IMG/VR virus record: IMGVR_UViG_3300025689_000007
Span: 1,180-65,179 of that record
Reading direction: 5' to 3' (one strand)
Source: a virus
Taxonomy: Duplodnaviria > Caudoviricetes
Length of the DNA: 64,000 bases
Shown here: piece after piece, positions 28,116-38,209 of the stretch
How positions within the stretch are numbered: the stretch's first letter is position 1
Layout: every line of letters begins with the position of its first letter
Made by a program: the position numbers and the translations under genes
The notes under the pieces: generated by a model
Databases searched by the model: none
What the model saw: the letters and a program-made list of their open reading frames with translations, nothing else
Told to the model about the DNA's origin: nothing

Positions 28116-28136
28116 CAAAACAATAAAAAGGGGAAA

Positions 28137-29729
28137 CTATAATGAAATTGGAGCTAAGTCCATCATATCAAAGTGAAAAGTTGAAAATGGATTGTCAGAC
28201 GCCTCCATATTTTCTGAAGAAGCCGGGGGGGAGACTGTTCCATCCTCTGTATAATACAGCTCTTTATCTTTACCTGTTTTCTTATCCCTTGTAAAAGTCT
28301 TTAGTGTTACTGGCCTTCCCCATAGGTAGTAAATATGCTTCAATGTCTCTTGTGCATATTTTTTGTGAAGAGGAATACCGTTATACCTATGTACAAGCTC
28401 TAAATGCCCGCCCTTGTCAAGATTTCCATTGACAATCTCAATCTTGGGTATTCCACTGTTTGCAAAGCTATTGATAATTAATTCCCTTACTTGCTCTACT
28501 GTATGATTGGTTCTTACATAATCAATAGAGGCAACCGTTTCCATTATCTGATAAATATAAAGATCGAGTTTATCAATCAAATCAACCGTTAGAAAATCTT
28601 GCATAAAGAACCAATCAGTATAGCTCCTCATAACCTCAAACATTTTCTCCCGGCCTTTCATCTCCTTTGTATCCCAATTTTCCTTAGTTTTCGCATCTGT
28701 GCAGTTATCATAATCGGTACCGTATCTACCCTTGTTCCACCTCTCTTCGATTTCTTTCCACATCTCCGAGCCCACCAGATATGGGTTCATACCCATCTTA
28801 TTTGTGGCTTTGACAAGAGAATTACTATAATTATACTGGCCGTGTTCTTCTGCAGTGAGTAGACCTTCATCAAATAATCTGTTCATAAAGATATTGTGCC
28901 AGTAGGTCGCCCAGCCCTCATTCATATATTTGGTTTTGGAGTAAGGCCAAAAATACTGTCCTTCCATTCTCAAAATTTCCAGAATGTCCTTCTGCCAATC
29001 TTCCAGAATACGGGAATTGTCAATAATGAACCGAAGAATATCTTCTGTGGGTTCTATCGGGGTTGTAGCAAGTATCTTTCTCCACAGCCTGTTATTATAA
29101 ACATCGTAATCCTCTGCCACATCCTTCTTGGTATCACGAACAATATCACCATAAACAGCTCGGGAAGGAAGTTTCTTTTTCTTCATTTGCTCAAAGACTC
29201 TTTTCTTCCTCTCCATCTCCGTTTCCTGATTAAATGGTGATGAGTGCCATTGTAGGGCGTGTCCAGCATCTTCAGTTTTCTCCACCTCATCAAGACCATA
29301 TATTCTTTCATAGTCATTGAATCTCTTCTGGGCAGCAGCCAGCACTTCAACAATATCCTCACGGAAATTTACATACCATTTACTTTCCGTAAAGAAATTG
29401 ACATGCGCATAAACGTGCGCCATAACAAGAACCTGAACAGCCAATGTATTGGAATTCATCAAAAAGGCTCTTGAAGGATTATCGTGGACAACCAGCTCAA
29501 GAGGAAGGTTCGGATCTACTGTGTCAAATACAGTTTTCAATCTTTCATAATCCCTACCATATTTCCAATTGGAGATATTTGTAGGCATCCTGTAAGCCAG
29601 TATCTCTATCATCTTTTGTGGTGGAACGATATCAAACTCTACAGGCAGACACTTCATTCCATATTCTTCAACATACTGTTTAATTCTATCTTCAATTTTT
29701 ATCAATCTCTGCAAATCATTTTGTTTCAT
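28137..29729 (-). CDS. spoVR: SpoVR family protein
   Basis: W.YGR.YER, ELV....P..A.L...N......LV.AHV.AH..FF, TKYMNEGWATYWH, MNPY..G; overlaps yeaH by TAATG. Confidence 0.93.
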   Translation of the reverse strand: MKQNDLQRLIKIEDRIKQYVEEYGMKCLPVEFDIVPPQKMIEILAYRMPTNISNWKYGRDYERLKTVFDTVDPNLPLELVVHDNPSRAFLMNSNTLAVQVLVMAHVYAHVNFFTESKWYVNFREDIVEVLAAAQKRFNDYERIYGLDEVEKTEDAGHALQWHSSPFNQETEMERKKRVFEQMKKKKLPSRAVYGDIVRDTKKDVAEDYDVYNNRLWRKILATTPIEPTEDILRFIIDNSRILEDWQKDILEILRMEGQYFWPYSKTKYMNEGWATYWHNIFMNRLFDEGLLTAEEHGQYNYSNSLVKATNKMGMNPYLVGSEMWKEIEERWNKGRYGTDYDNCTDAKTKENWDTKEMKGREKMFEVMRSYTDWFFMQDFLTVDLIDKLDLYIYQIMETVASIDYVRTNHTVEQVRELIINSFANSGIPKIEIVNGNLDKGGHLELVHRYNGIPLHKKYAQETLKHIYYLWGRPVTLKTFTRDKKTGKDKELYYTEDGTVSPPASSENMEASDNPFSTFHFDMMDLAPISL

Positions 29730-31048
29730 TATTTTTTATTCCTCTTCTTCTCAAATAACATATGTTTGAGTGCAGGATATATATGTTCTTTCCCTTTTAT
29801 GATACAGGCAAGAAAATGCCTTTCATTATCCTTATAGAAATTGGTTCCGGCTTCCGTTTCAATCTTGAAGTCAAATGTATTGGTGTATTTTTCCATCAAA
29901 TTTCCGTGTGATGCGTGGAAATATCCCTGTGAGGAAATATGAATTTCACAATATCCCAGCATATTAATCTTCTTGTCCAGAAGAAGTTTTGTTGATTGCA
30001 TGGTTTCATCAGGATTAAAATCCTCTCCATCAGAAACATATACAACATAAACATTCCACTGGTTTACAGGATATTCCCTTTCAACCAGATCTCTGGCAAG
30101 ATCAAAAGCTGTATGACAATAGGTTCCCCCACTCTCGCCTTTCTTGAAGAAGGTTTCCTCATCCACAAGAGAGGCGATAGTGTGATGGGCGATAAACCGT
30201 ATCTGAACATGGTTATAGGTTTTCTTCAAAAATTCAACCATCCAGAATAACATTGATCTGGCAAGATATTTCTTTTCCGGTGTCATTGACCCCGATGTGT
30301 CCATCATGGCAATAACAACAGCATTACTGTGAATTTCAAATTCCTGTTCCATCTGTTTGAACCTCAAATCATCATCCTCGATAAAAAGAGATTGAACATC
30401 AGCATCAGGATTTACCTTATTTTCTTTTATAAGATTGATGGCATCAACCAAATCTCCGTGAGAGGTTGCAAGGGCCTTGTATGCCGTTTCCTCATCACAC
30501 TTGGTTTCATCCATAATTTCAGCAGCATAAATAGCCATCCTTTTTATGGATTCTTTGATGGTTCTTCTCTTGTGGATTCTTGGATGGATGCCTACTTTTG
30601 AAACGGTTTCGAATTTCCATCCGGAAGGAACAAGTAATTCTGCTTTTGTTTTCTCTTCAATATATGGAAGACCCAAATCTTGAAACATAATATTGATAAG
30701 ATAATCAATATCAACTTCTGTTTCCATATAATCGTCACCACGGGCATTACCGGGCTTACTGTCATCATTCTTTTTTCCTTTACTTCTTCGGCCTATAATA
30801 TCTCCAGCCTTACCTTTACCCTGACCAACACCGCCTGCAGTTCCTGTGCTTCCATAAATGAACCGATAATCCCTCAATCCCTTTACAGGAATACGCACAG
30901 TTTTACCGTGCTTTTGAGTGATTATAGATTCCTCTGCAATAATATCTTTTATATTTTTTCTAATTGTATCTTCGATTTTCTCACGGTGCCTGGCAGCATC
31001 TTTTCTACCCCTCGAAGATAAATCCCAATTTTCATGCGAAATGATCAT
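29729..31048 (-). CDS. yeaH: YeaH/YhbH (DUF444) family vWA-like protein
   Basis: D..RH.EKI...I..NI..II..E, VRIPV.GL.DY.F.YG, AVV.AMMDTSGSM...KK..AR, FF...ESGGT, W.NVY..Y.SDGE. Confidence 0.92.
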   Translation of the reverse strand: MIISHENWDLSSRGRKDAARHREKIEDTIRKNIKDIIAEESIITQKHGKTVRIPVKGLRDYRFIYGSTGTAGGVGQGKGKAGDIIGRRSKGKKNDDSKPGNARGDDYMETEVDIDYLINIMFQDLGLPYIEEKTKAELLVPSGWKFETVSKVGIHPRIHKRRTIKESIKRMAIYAAEIMDETKCDEETAYKALATSHGDLVDAINLIKENKVNPDADVQSLFIEDDDLRFKQMEQEFEIHSNAVVIAMMDTSGSMTPEKKYLARSMLFWMVEFLKKTYNHVQIRFIAHHTIASLVDEETFFKKGESGGTYCHTAFDLARDLVEREYPVNQWNVYVVYVSDGEDFNPDETMQSTKLLLDKKINMLGYCEIHISSQGYFHASHGNLMEKYTNTFDFKIETEAGTNFYKDNERHFLACIIKGKEHIYPALKHMLFEKKRNKK

Positions 31049-31067
31049 ATTATTCCCCTTTTATTGT

Positions 31068-31099
31068 GTGGTGGTGGCGGATTTCTCTGCCACCACCAC
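31068..31099. other. GC-rich stem-loop in the prkA-yeaH intergenic region
   Basis: GTGGTGGTGGCGG-ATTTCT-CTGCCACCACCAC, with no U-tract on either strand. Confidence 0.7.
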
Positions 31100-31264
31100 C
31101 TCCCGAAGCATCTCACACCGATTTGGAGGAGATTAGTTATTTTTCATTTTCATAATATCTTCATATATCATACTTCATTCTACTTCTCCTATTCCCCCAC
31201 TACTTTTCTATATGTGTATAAAATTTTGTGAGGAATTTATATGAATTATCTACTTGATGTTATT

Positions 31265-33223
31265 TCACTCTTCCTTCCTGAGTATTTCTCCAACGAAGCT
31301 TAACAATATATTTGCACACTCTGGGCAGTATCCCCTCTTAGTAAGATTTGTGACGGCTGATTTTCTCTTCATCTGCGTCCTCTTGTCCGTAGCAGACTTG
31401 TCTGCGAGCGTAAGAGATACCACATTTTTGAGATCACTCATCAACTTCTTCTCAATGGCGATACGGAGAGGATCATAGGTTTTGAAAGTGAAGGCTTCAC
31501 CCTTCTCCAATTGGGCAGATTTATAAACGAATATACCGTTTCTAAATTCTGTTTTAGAATTTATTGGAATACCAATATACTCTTCAATCTGTCTCATCAG
31601 CTTCTCATCGGGATCACTATATTCACCTGTAATCGAATCTTGAATTTTCTCCTTACGACAGAAAGCATCGGCATTTCGAATATAGTTTTCGAAGAGAGAT
31701 TGTGCCTGCTCTTCATAAGCGGAGAGAAACGCCATATTGACTTCCTTTTTCGCTATATCTTTGAACTCGGCACTTACAGATTCCTTTTCACCGAGAAGAA
31801 GTGTAAGATATTTCTTTGATTCTTCTTCGGTGATTCCGATTTGGTGCTCAAAGTTAGAACGAAGAGCTCGAATAATGTCAATTGGATTGACACACTTCTT
31901 CTCTTCTTTCTGACCAAGTGCAATGTTTAGAGCGTTGATGATGAATCTTGGGGAAATTCCTCTCATTCCCTCACCCTGCTCCTTACCTTCCAGACGGAGA
32001 GCTTTGACATCAATCTCCTGTTTCTTCAGCTCCTCAGTAATCTCGCCATTATAAATTTTCATTTTCTGAATAATGGAAGAAACCTTATTTGAAGGAACAA
32101 GCCTTGTCAGAATAGCGAACTGTGCAGCAACTTTCAGAGTATTTGGAGCTATATGGATTCCGCGAAAATCAGATTCTCGAATCATCTTCTCGTAGATTTT
32201 TATTTCATCGTCTACACGAAGATTCCAAGGAACGGTAATAGGATACATTCTATCGTGTAGTGCCTCGTTCTTCTTCTCCCCCCTGAAACCATCATATTCC
32301 GTTTGGTTCGTGTGCGCCAAAATTAATGTATCAATATACATTTGTGGAAAACCGGGCGCCTTAATCATCTGCTCCTGTGCAGCAGTAATCAGTACATAGT
32401 GGAATTTCACATCGGCTTTCAACAATTCGATGTATTCAATAACACCACCATTGGCTACCTGTAATTCACCATTGAACTGATATGCACGGGGATCTGTTTC
32501 ACCGTATCTTGTCATCTTGGACATATTGACACGACCAATCAATTCAGAAATGTCCTGCGATTTGGGATCCGATGGCTGGAATGTCCCAATACCAACTCTC
32601 TTCTGTTCAGAAAACTTTATTGACACTATCGGAACATCTTCCCATTTAATATGGCCATCTTCTCCCATAAAGTTATCTTCAACCATTTGCTGACAAACGG
32701 GGCAGAGGGTTCCTTCAATCTTCACACCCAATTCCTGTTCCCACCTTGGACGGTCATCGAGCGGAATAAGGTGTAGAGGTTCTTCGTGAATAGGACATCC
32801 TTTAATTGTATATTTGGGTGTCTTGTCTCTTTCAAGACCTCTCTTGATAAGAGCAGCAATCGTAGACTTACCGGAAGCTACAGGGCCTACCATAATAAGA
32901 ATCCTCTTACCAGTTTCGGTTCTTCTGGCGGCCGCCTTGAGGAATTTCATAATGTCGTGTAATGCCTCAAGAGTACCGTAAATTTTACCATCAAAAAACT
33001 TGTATCGCACCAAATCTTCATAACCTCTGATTTTGAGGGAGTTGTCAACATCTTCAATTCCATGCCTCATAATCATATTGTAAATCCTGCCGGGTGCAAA
33101 ATTGGCAACATCCGGATTCTCCTTTACGATGTAAAGGTAGTCCAAACATTTTCCTTCCCATTGGGCAAGTTTTTGATCTTTGCGCTGATCCAATATGATG
33201 CTTCGGAAATCATTATTCATCAT
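31265..33223 (-). CDS. prkA: PrkA/YeaG family AAA+ ATPase / serine kinase
   Basis: RILIMVGPVASGKST, CP.HEEPL.L, GIGTFQP.DPKSQD.SEL.G, DPRAY.F.GEL..AN.G..E..E.LK, ALHDR, GM.GISPRF. Confidence 0.95.
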   Translation of the reverse strand: MMNNDFRSIILDQRKDQKLAQWEGKCLDYLYIVKENPDVANFAPGRIYNMIMRHGIEDVDNSLKIRGYEDLVRYKFFDGKIYGTLEALHDIMKFLKAAARRTETGKRILIMVGPVASGKSTIAALIKRGLERDKTPKYTIKGCPIHEEPLHLIPLDDRPRWEQELGVKIEGTLCPVCQQMVEDNFMGEDGHIKWEDVPIVSIKFSEQKRVGIGTFQPSDPKSQDISELIGRVNMSKMTRYGETDPRAYQFNGELQVANGGVIEYIELLKADVKFHYVLITAAQEQMIKAPGFPQMYIDTLILAHTNQTEYDGFRGEKKNEALHDRMYPITVPWNLRVDDEIKIYEKMIRESDFRGIHIAPNTLKVAAQFAILTRLVPSNKVSSIIQKMKIYNGEITEELKKQEIDVKALRLEGKEQGEGMRGISPRFIINALNIALGQKEEKKCVNPIDIIRALRSNFEHQIGITEEESKKYLTLLLGEKESVSAEFKDIAKKEVNMAFLSAYEEQAQSLFENYIRNADAFCRKEKIQDSITGEYSDPDEKLMRQIEEYIGIPINSKTEFRNGIFVYKSAQLEKGEAFTFKTYDPLRIAIEKKLMSDLKNVVSLTLADKSATDKRTQMKRKSAVTNLTKRGYCPECANILLSFVGEILRKEE

Positions 33224-33719
33224 TATTCGCCTCCATTTGTTTATTTGTTTCTAATTGTTTAACATCTTGTCCGTCTTTAAGATACTTGAGAATAGTTTCT
33301 CTATCGGTAATAACTAATCTATCTCGACCCACTGGTTGTTGACCGGCGAGTAATCTACTTTTTATTTCAAGTTCCTTTTCTTTTAATTTTAACACATCTC
33401 TTTTTATCTGTAAACTATTTAAATTTGACTTATTTATCATAATCTGTGTTGATGCTTGAGTTACTGAATTTATTATCAGGCTCGCAACTTCAACAAGTCT
33501 TGCAGAGAAATTTCCATTCTTCAATTCTGTTTCTACTGAATCAAGAATGTTATTCGCCCTGATGATATTCTTTCTTAAAATCTGCTCAGGTTCCTCCTGA
33601 GTGGGGGCAGAATCCATTTCTTTCTGGACTTCCACTACCTCGACATCAAGAATTTTCTCAAGATTACTTCTGTTTAATTCTGGCATATTCCATACACTCC
33701 TAATAACATATATACTCAT
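33213..33719 (-). CDS. gp16: terminase small subunit, gp16-like
   Basis: SARLVEVAS.I..SV...(cf. PRAYEVA..LI) and C-terminal ..VITDR..IL..LK; probable start MPELNR. Confidence 0.65.
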   Translation of the reverse strand: MSIYVIRSVWNMPELNRSNLEKILDVEVVEVQKEMDSAPTQEEPEQILRKNIIRANNILDSVETELKNGNFSARLVEVASLIINSVTQASTQIMINKSNLNSLQIKRDVLKLKEKELEIKSRLLAGQQPVGRDRLVITDRETILKYLKDGQDVKQLETNKQMEANNDE

Positions 33720-33750
33720 TATACCATATTTATTAAGAATTGTAAAGAAT

Positions 33751-33782
33751 AAAAAAACCCCCTCCTGTAAGGGAGGGGGTTG
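33751..33782 (-). terminator. intrinsic terminator after the major capsid gene
   Basis: AACCCCCTCC/GGAGGGGGTT 10-bp stem followed by a U run on the minus strand. Confidence 0.9.
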
Positions 33783-33806
33783 ATTTTACTCTCTACCTAA
33801 TTTACA

Positions 33807-34979
33807 TTAGGTTGGTAGTCCTGTGATATCCACCTTCTTGTAGTAGAGATTACTACCAAAGATGTGCTGATGAATTGCATATCTGCTCATCAAACCTACG
33901 GTTGGATGGAATGACTGCTCATAGATTGTCTTTGATACCATCAGCTGAATGTATGGAAGGTAAATAATACCTGCATCATACTCCGATGGACCTTTATATC
34001 CAACTGTCATATAATCTGATGCGGCAAATGTATCCCTGAATACCGTGATACGGCCGTCAAGGGAACCCATCTTTGAAATACCCGCTACAAGGGTGTTTAT
34101 CTCACCGTCTGTTGGGTGAATTACGAAGCTTGAAAGTCCTTCGAATGCGGCACAAGTGTAAGGTGATGCCAGAACAAAGTTACCGGCGCCTCTCCTTGTG
34201 TCAATCGCGATCTTGTTGGCTCTACGAACAACCACATTGTAAAGGTTTCTGTATTTCTCAGATTCCCATCTACCATCAGCGGATGTTGAGTATGACCAAG
34301 TAGAGGATTCCGCAATACTATTCACAACATTGACGATCTCTCTGTCAATTTCCGCCGTGATTTCGTATGCGAGAATATCCATCATCTCTTCTTCAAGATC
34401 AAGACCGTGCATTGCCTTCAGGTCTTGTGCCACTTCAAGTGACCATCTGCTTCTCAATTTTCTCGTTTTAGCCTCGACTTGCGCCTTTTCAACTGTAAGG
34501 TTTACTTCGTTGATAGCCGTACCAGAACCAATGCCCAGACCAACATCGCCCGTTACATTGGAGCCGAGAACTTCACCAGCAGAGGTTGTATATGATCCAG
34601 AATAAGTGGTATCCATCGTGTTATATCCAAGTTCAACATCTGACGAACCGCCATAAGTAGATGGGCCTCCTGTTCTGAATCTGAGCGCGAACGCTAGCCC
34701 TACTGGGCCTGTGAGTGGCTGAACACCAACGATATCGTGGGCGATCAGCTCTGGAAAGGTTCTCCTTACCATCGGAACTGCAATCTGATGGAAATCACCG
34801 GAAATCGCATAAGGCGATCCACGGCCGACTTCTGACCAGTTTCCAGCTTCACTGAGGTACTTATATTCATTCTCCAGCATAATAGCTGTAGATTTGAGAA
34901 TCTTTTGAGAACGAATTTTATTTCCCTCTGTAAGAACAGCTTTCCACTTCTCGATCAACTTCTTACTCTCTTCTCTCAT
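33807..34979 (-). CDS. gp23: major capsid protein
   Basis: PMVRR.FP.LIA.DIVGVQP.TGP.GL.FA.R, EAK.RKL...W.LE.AQDLKA.HG.D.E.E, YDAGI.Y.PY..L, RY. Confidence 0.97.
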   Translation of the reverse strand: MREESKKLIEKWKAVLTEGNKIRSQKILKSTAIMLENEYKYLSEAGNWSEVGRGSPYAISGDFHQIAVPMVRRTFPELIAHDIVGVQPLTGPVGLAFALRFRTGGPSTYGGSSDVELGYNTMDTTYSGSYTTSAGEVLGSNVTGDVGLGIGSGTAINEVNLTVEKAQVEAKTRKLRSRWSLEVAQDLKAMHGLDLEEEMMDILAYEITAEIDREIVNVVNSIAESSTWSYSTSADGRWESEKYRNLYNVVVRRANKIAIDTRRGAGNFVLASPYTCAAFEGLSSFVIHPTDGEINTLVAGISKMGSLDGRITVFRDTFAASDYMTVGYKGPSEYDAGIIYLPYIQLMVSKTIYEQSFHPTVGLMSRYAIHQHIFGSNLYYKKVDITGLPT

Positions 34980-35002
34980 TTCAGAATCTTCCTCCTATAA
35001 AT

Positions 35003-35911
35003 TTAGAATCTATTCTCTTTCAGAATTGCGACAGCTCCCTTCAAATATTTGCTGAAAGGATCGTCTGCTTCCTCGACTTTCTTTCCCTCTTGATCTTCAA
35101 CTTCGATTTTGCCTTGACCCATATCCTTTGCAGGTGTTGGATCTGAAGCATCTTTCATTGAAGCACCACAAGACGGGCAAGCCATCGAGGCACATGCGCC
35201 CTTTGTGGTCGCGTGAGCACCACAGGATGGACAAATACAATCATTTGTTTTTGCCTCTGCATCAGGATCCTGTGTGCCGGGTTTTAAACCAAATTCGGCA
35301 TCAGGTGCATCCTGTTCGAGAACGGTATCAACAACAATCTGAAACTTCCTGTCAATTTCTGTCTTTTCATTCAGGTCGCCCAGAAGGTCAATAACCTTTC
35401 TCCTTTGTGACTCCGTGAGTCCGTCACATTTCTTTCTCAAATAAAGGTGAGATGCGAGAGCACGGGCATCTTCCTCTGCCTGTAGTCTCCCCGCTGTTTC
35501 CTTGTTAAGCTCATCCTTCAATCGAATGATCTCTTCTTTGGCTTCACGGAGAAGCTCTCTAATTTCTTCATTCAGAACACCCTCATCAATGGCCAATCTG
35601 ACTTTGAGTTCCTGAATGACATCATCATAAAGCTCGCCTTTCTTTGCATAGTCCACAATTTTCTCAGGCAGTTTGAGTTCTTCTTCAAGAACTTGATCAA
35701 CAAAGTTCGAAAACTTTGATGTGATATCATTCTTGTATTCCTCAAATTTGCCCTCATATTCCTCGATAAGTTTTTCTGACTCTTCCTTCAAAAGGCTGTC
35801 TGCTCTCTCACGGGATTTTACATCCACGATTGCATCCAGTTTCTCTTTAATAGAAGTAATCTGTGACTCATCGAGTTTTTCAATACCGAGCACTTTCAAG
35901 ATTTCTTCCAT
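35003..35911 (-). CDS. gp22: prohead core scaffold protein
   Basis: Acidic coiled-coil directly upstream of gp23; C-terminal MSKY..A..-like helix; inserted Cys-rich segment. Confidence 0.75.
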   Translation of the reverse strand: MEEILKVLGIEKLDESQITSIKEKLDAIVDVKSRERADSLLKEESEKLIEEYEGKFEEYKNDITSKFSNFVDQVLEEELKLPEKIVDYAKKGELYDDVIQELKVRLAIDEGVLNEEIRELLREAKEEIIRLKDELNKETAGRLQAEEDARALASHLYLRKKCDGLTESQRRKVIDLLGDLNEKTEIDRKFQIVVDTVLEQDAPDAEFGLKPGTQDPDAEAKTNDCICPSCGAHATTKGACASMACPSCGASMKDASDPTPAKDMGQGKIEVEDQEGKKVEEADDPFSKYLKGAVAILKENRF

Positions 35912-35955
35912 CTATTAGTTACCTCCTATAGTATTTCTATTCTTTTTCAAGAATA

Positions 35956-36420
35956 TTACTTCTTTTTCTGTAAATTTCTCTTTTTTCTTTCCTTGATATG
36001 AGTCGTTGTAGTAATACCATCTATTGTCATTCTTTTCTTTTTTACCTCGTTTTCCTCATATACTTTATCTTCGAGTTCAGCATCTTCATCCGCTATAGTA
36101 TTATCAACGACTTCATCATCCTCCATTGTATCCAATTCGGATGTATCATCAGAAAGATGTGTATCGTCAAAATTCCATTCTCTATCTGTCAACTCAAATG
36201 GAGGCTCAAAGGCTGCAAGAATTTCTTCCCTTATTCTTTTGCCTTCCATATCAAGAACATTTGGATCAAGGTTATAGATGAAATTTCCCATTTTATCGAG
36301 CAAATCATCCATATCAAAGTTTTCTTTCAGACATCTTTTGGGATCTCTCTTACGAAGCCTCTTTTGCTCCCTTGTAAGAAACTCATCAATTCTATCAAGA
36401 ATAGACATATTCTCCTCCAT
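35956..36420 (-). CDS. hypothetical acidic protein (head region)
   Basis: 154-aa ORF between the protease and scaffold genes; MSILDRIDEFL.RE motif. Confidence 0.55.
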   Translation of the reverse strand: MEENMSILDRIDEFLTREQKRLRKRDPKRCLKENFDMDDLLDKMGNFIYNLDPNVLDMEGKRIREEILAAFEPPFELTDREWNFDDTHLSDDTSELDTMEDDEVVDNTIADEDAELEDKVYEENEVKKKRMTIDGITTTTHIKERKKRNLQKKK

Positions 36421-36530
36421 TTTAAATTATTTATCGGTTTTTCGGTTATTTACAACAGATTGGTTAAAACACACGCGTGGCAATGATTTTGGACTACACA
36501 AATTACTTTACAACCTATGATTTTCTCTAC

Positions 36531-36944
36531 TTACTTCCCCCTCAGTGTTTTTATCTTGCCTTCAATTTCATTTTCAAAAATTGTCAATCCCTTTATGATG
36601 TGCTTGTAAGCATCGGCTATATTCTCGTATTCGTCCATTTCAAACAGACCATCTCGCCACATTGCTTTGAGGGAATTGAGATTTGTTTCAAATTCTTTAT
36701 TAGTTTTCCTTACGAAGGAAAGTATATTCATAAGAGCCACAATGGCTCTTGGAATGTCTGCTTCTGTTAGTTGTTTCGATTCTGGAAAAGATATCATACC
36801 GGTATAGGTGGGACCCGCTCCAATGTACTTGTTCATTACATCGTATGCCCTGTTCTTGGCTTTTTTCTTTGCCTTAAGAAGCTCGGGTGATTTTTTCTGA
36901 AGAAGATCGTCTATTTTTTCCTCTTTTAAATCATTCTTATCCAT
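36531..36944 (-). CDS. hypothetical protein
   Basis: Coupled to gp21 by a TAATG overlap. Confidence 0.55.
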   Translation of the reverse strand: MDKNDLKEEKIDDLLQKKSPELLKAKKKAKNRAYDVMNKYIGAGPTYTGMISFPESKQLTEADIPRAIVALMNILSFVRKTNKEFETNLNSLKAMWRDGLFEMDEYENIADAYKHIIKGLTIFENEIEGKIKTLRGK

Positions 36945-37582
36945 TATTTTATCCTCTTTTCAATATCAGAAATAACTTGCCAAATTTTTCTGTAATATGC
37001 TTCTTGTGCTTCTTTCAAGGAGATTTTTGGCTCTTCAATCACAGACTCGGGTTCTTCAACGACCCTTTTCTGTGGCGGTTCAAAATCCTGGCCTTCATAG
37101 ATACCATTCACCCAAGATGGATGATTTGACGGGTCTGTGACCATATCCCAAGTGATGAGATAAAAATCCTCATTGACATAACCGTTCTCGTTCACGGAGC
37201 CAAGACCACGGGAAGAAATACCCATTCTACCCTCTTTGATAAGAGTCTTTGCAATATTTCCCATTGGTGTATCAAGAACTTTTGACCTACCAATGACATT
37301 TGGGCCATCCCATTCCAATTTCTCTGTCAGGATAGCAATTTTATCCGGATTGATCTCTGGATTTGGTGGATGCCCAAGTTCTCCCCAAAGACTCCTGTTT
37401 ACCAGTCTCTCTTCCAGCTTACTAATTTCTCTCTCAAGAATATGTCTTGAATATATTCTTTTATTGTTGTTCTCTTGATCTGCCGTACTGTAAATTCCAG
37501 TAATGTAGAGAGACTTCTCCTTCTTTTCAGACTCCTCCACAATAAATTTAATATCGTGAGAGAGCTCGGTTATAAGCTTCAT
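36944..37582 (-). CDS. gp21: prohead core protease
   Basis: MKLITE, N.NKRIY, GELGHP, G..K.LDTPMG.I.K.L, GISSRGLGS, D.V.DPS. Confidence 0.96.
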   Translation of the reverse strand: MKLITELSHDIKFIVEESEKKEKSLYITGIYSTADQENNNKRIYSRHILEREISKLEERLVNRSLWGELGHPPNPEINPDKIAILTEKLEWDGPNVIGRSKVLDTPMGNIAKTLIKEGRMGISSRGLGSVNENGYVNEDFYLITWDMVTDPSNHPSWVNGIYEGQDFEPPQKRVVEEPESVIEEPKISLKEAQEAYYRKIWQVISDIEKRIK

Positions 37583-37653
37583 CTTTTTCTCCTCCCAGTT
37601 TTATACATAAAAAATGTGTGAACTAACACAACTTTCTGGCAATATTATATAAA

Positions 37654-38001
37654 TTACTCTTCACCACCAACCGTCTTGAGAATACGAATGGGCGTGGTCT
37701 TGATAACATTGATAACCTGTGCAATTCTCTGATTGTTGGGGTACTTTACTACAAGTTCGTGTGCAAGAGACATGGCCTTCGCAAACTTTTCTGGTGTATT
37801 TGCCATTGTGAGATAATATTTCAATCTTTTGAGGCCCTGTGTAATACTGCCTGCATCCCTTGTGGGATCATAGGTGCCGGGAACAGATCCTCCTACAGGC
37901 GGGTAAAGCTTCTGATCGCCTGCCGAAAATTCCTGTGGCTTTGGCTCATCAAAAACCGCTTCTTTCAAATACATATCAATTTTTTCTTCGATCTTCTTCA
38001 T
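37654..38001 (-). CDS. hypothetical protein with CTS-like N-terminus
   Basis: MKKIEEKIDMYLKEA start. Confidence 0.55.
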   Translation of the reverse strand: MKKIEEKIDMYLKEAVFDEPKPQEFSAGDQKLYPPVGGSVPGTYDPTRDAGSITQGLKRLKYYLTMANTPEKFAKAMSLAHELVVKYPNNQRIAQVINVIKTTPIRILKTVGGEE

Positions 38002-38204
38002 TTTTTCTTCTTTTCCTCCGCTAGTTTTTGTACCACTTGCTTTTGTTTTGGTGGTTCGATATCCTTTGTCAAACCAAGTTTACTTTTTAAGTATTCATTC
38101 TTGGCCTGTTTAACAACATTCTTAACTATTTCTTTTGCAGAAATAAAATCATCGTTCTCAAAGGAATCCAAAGCTTTTTTAATATCTTTCTCGTCCATAA
38201 ACAC
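37998..38204 (-). CDS. small prohead core protein (gp67/gp68-like position)
   Basis: Small helical ORF between the portal and protease genes. Confidence 0.4.
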   Translation of the reverse strand: MFMDEKDIKKALDSFENDDFISAKEIVKNVVKQAKNEYLKSKLGLTKDIEPPKQKQVVQKLAEEKKKK

Positions 38205-38209
38205 ACTCC

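Noticed and set aside
28137-33223. prkA-yeaH-spoVR as host contamination
   Set aside because: The module overlaps terS, ends in a hairpin tied to terL, and has the same strand and AT-rich style as its neighbours; read mapping is still advisable.
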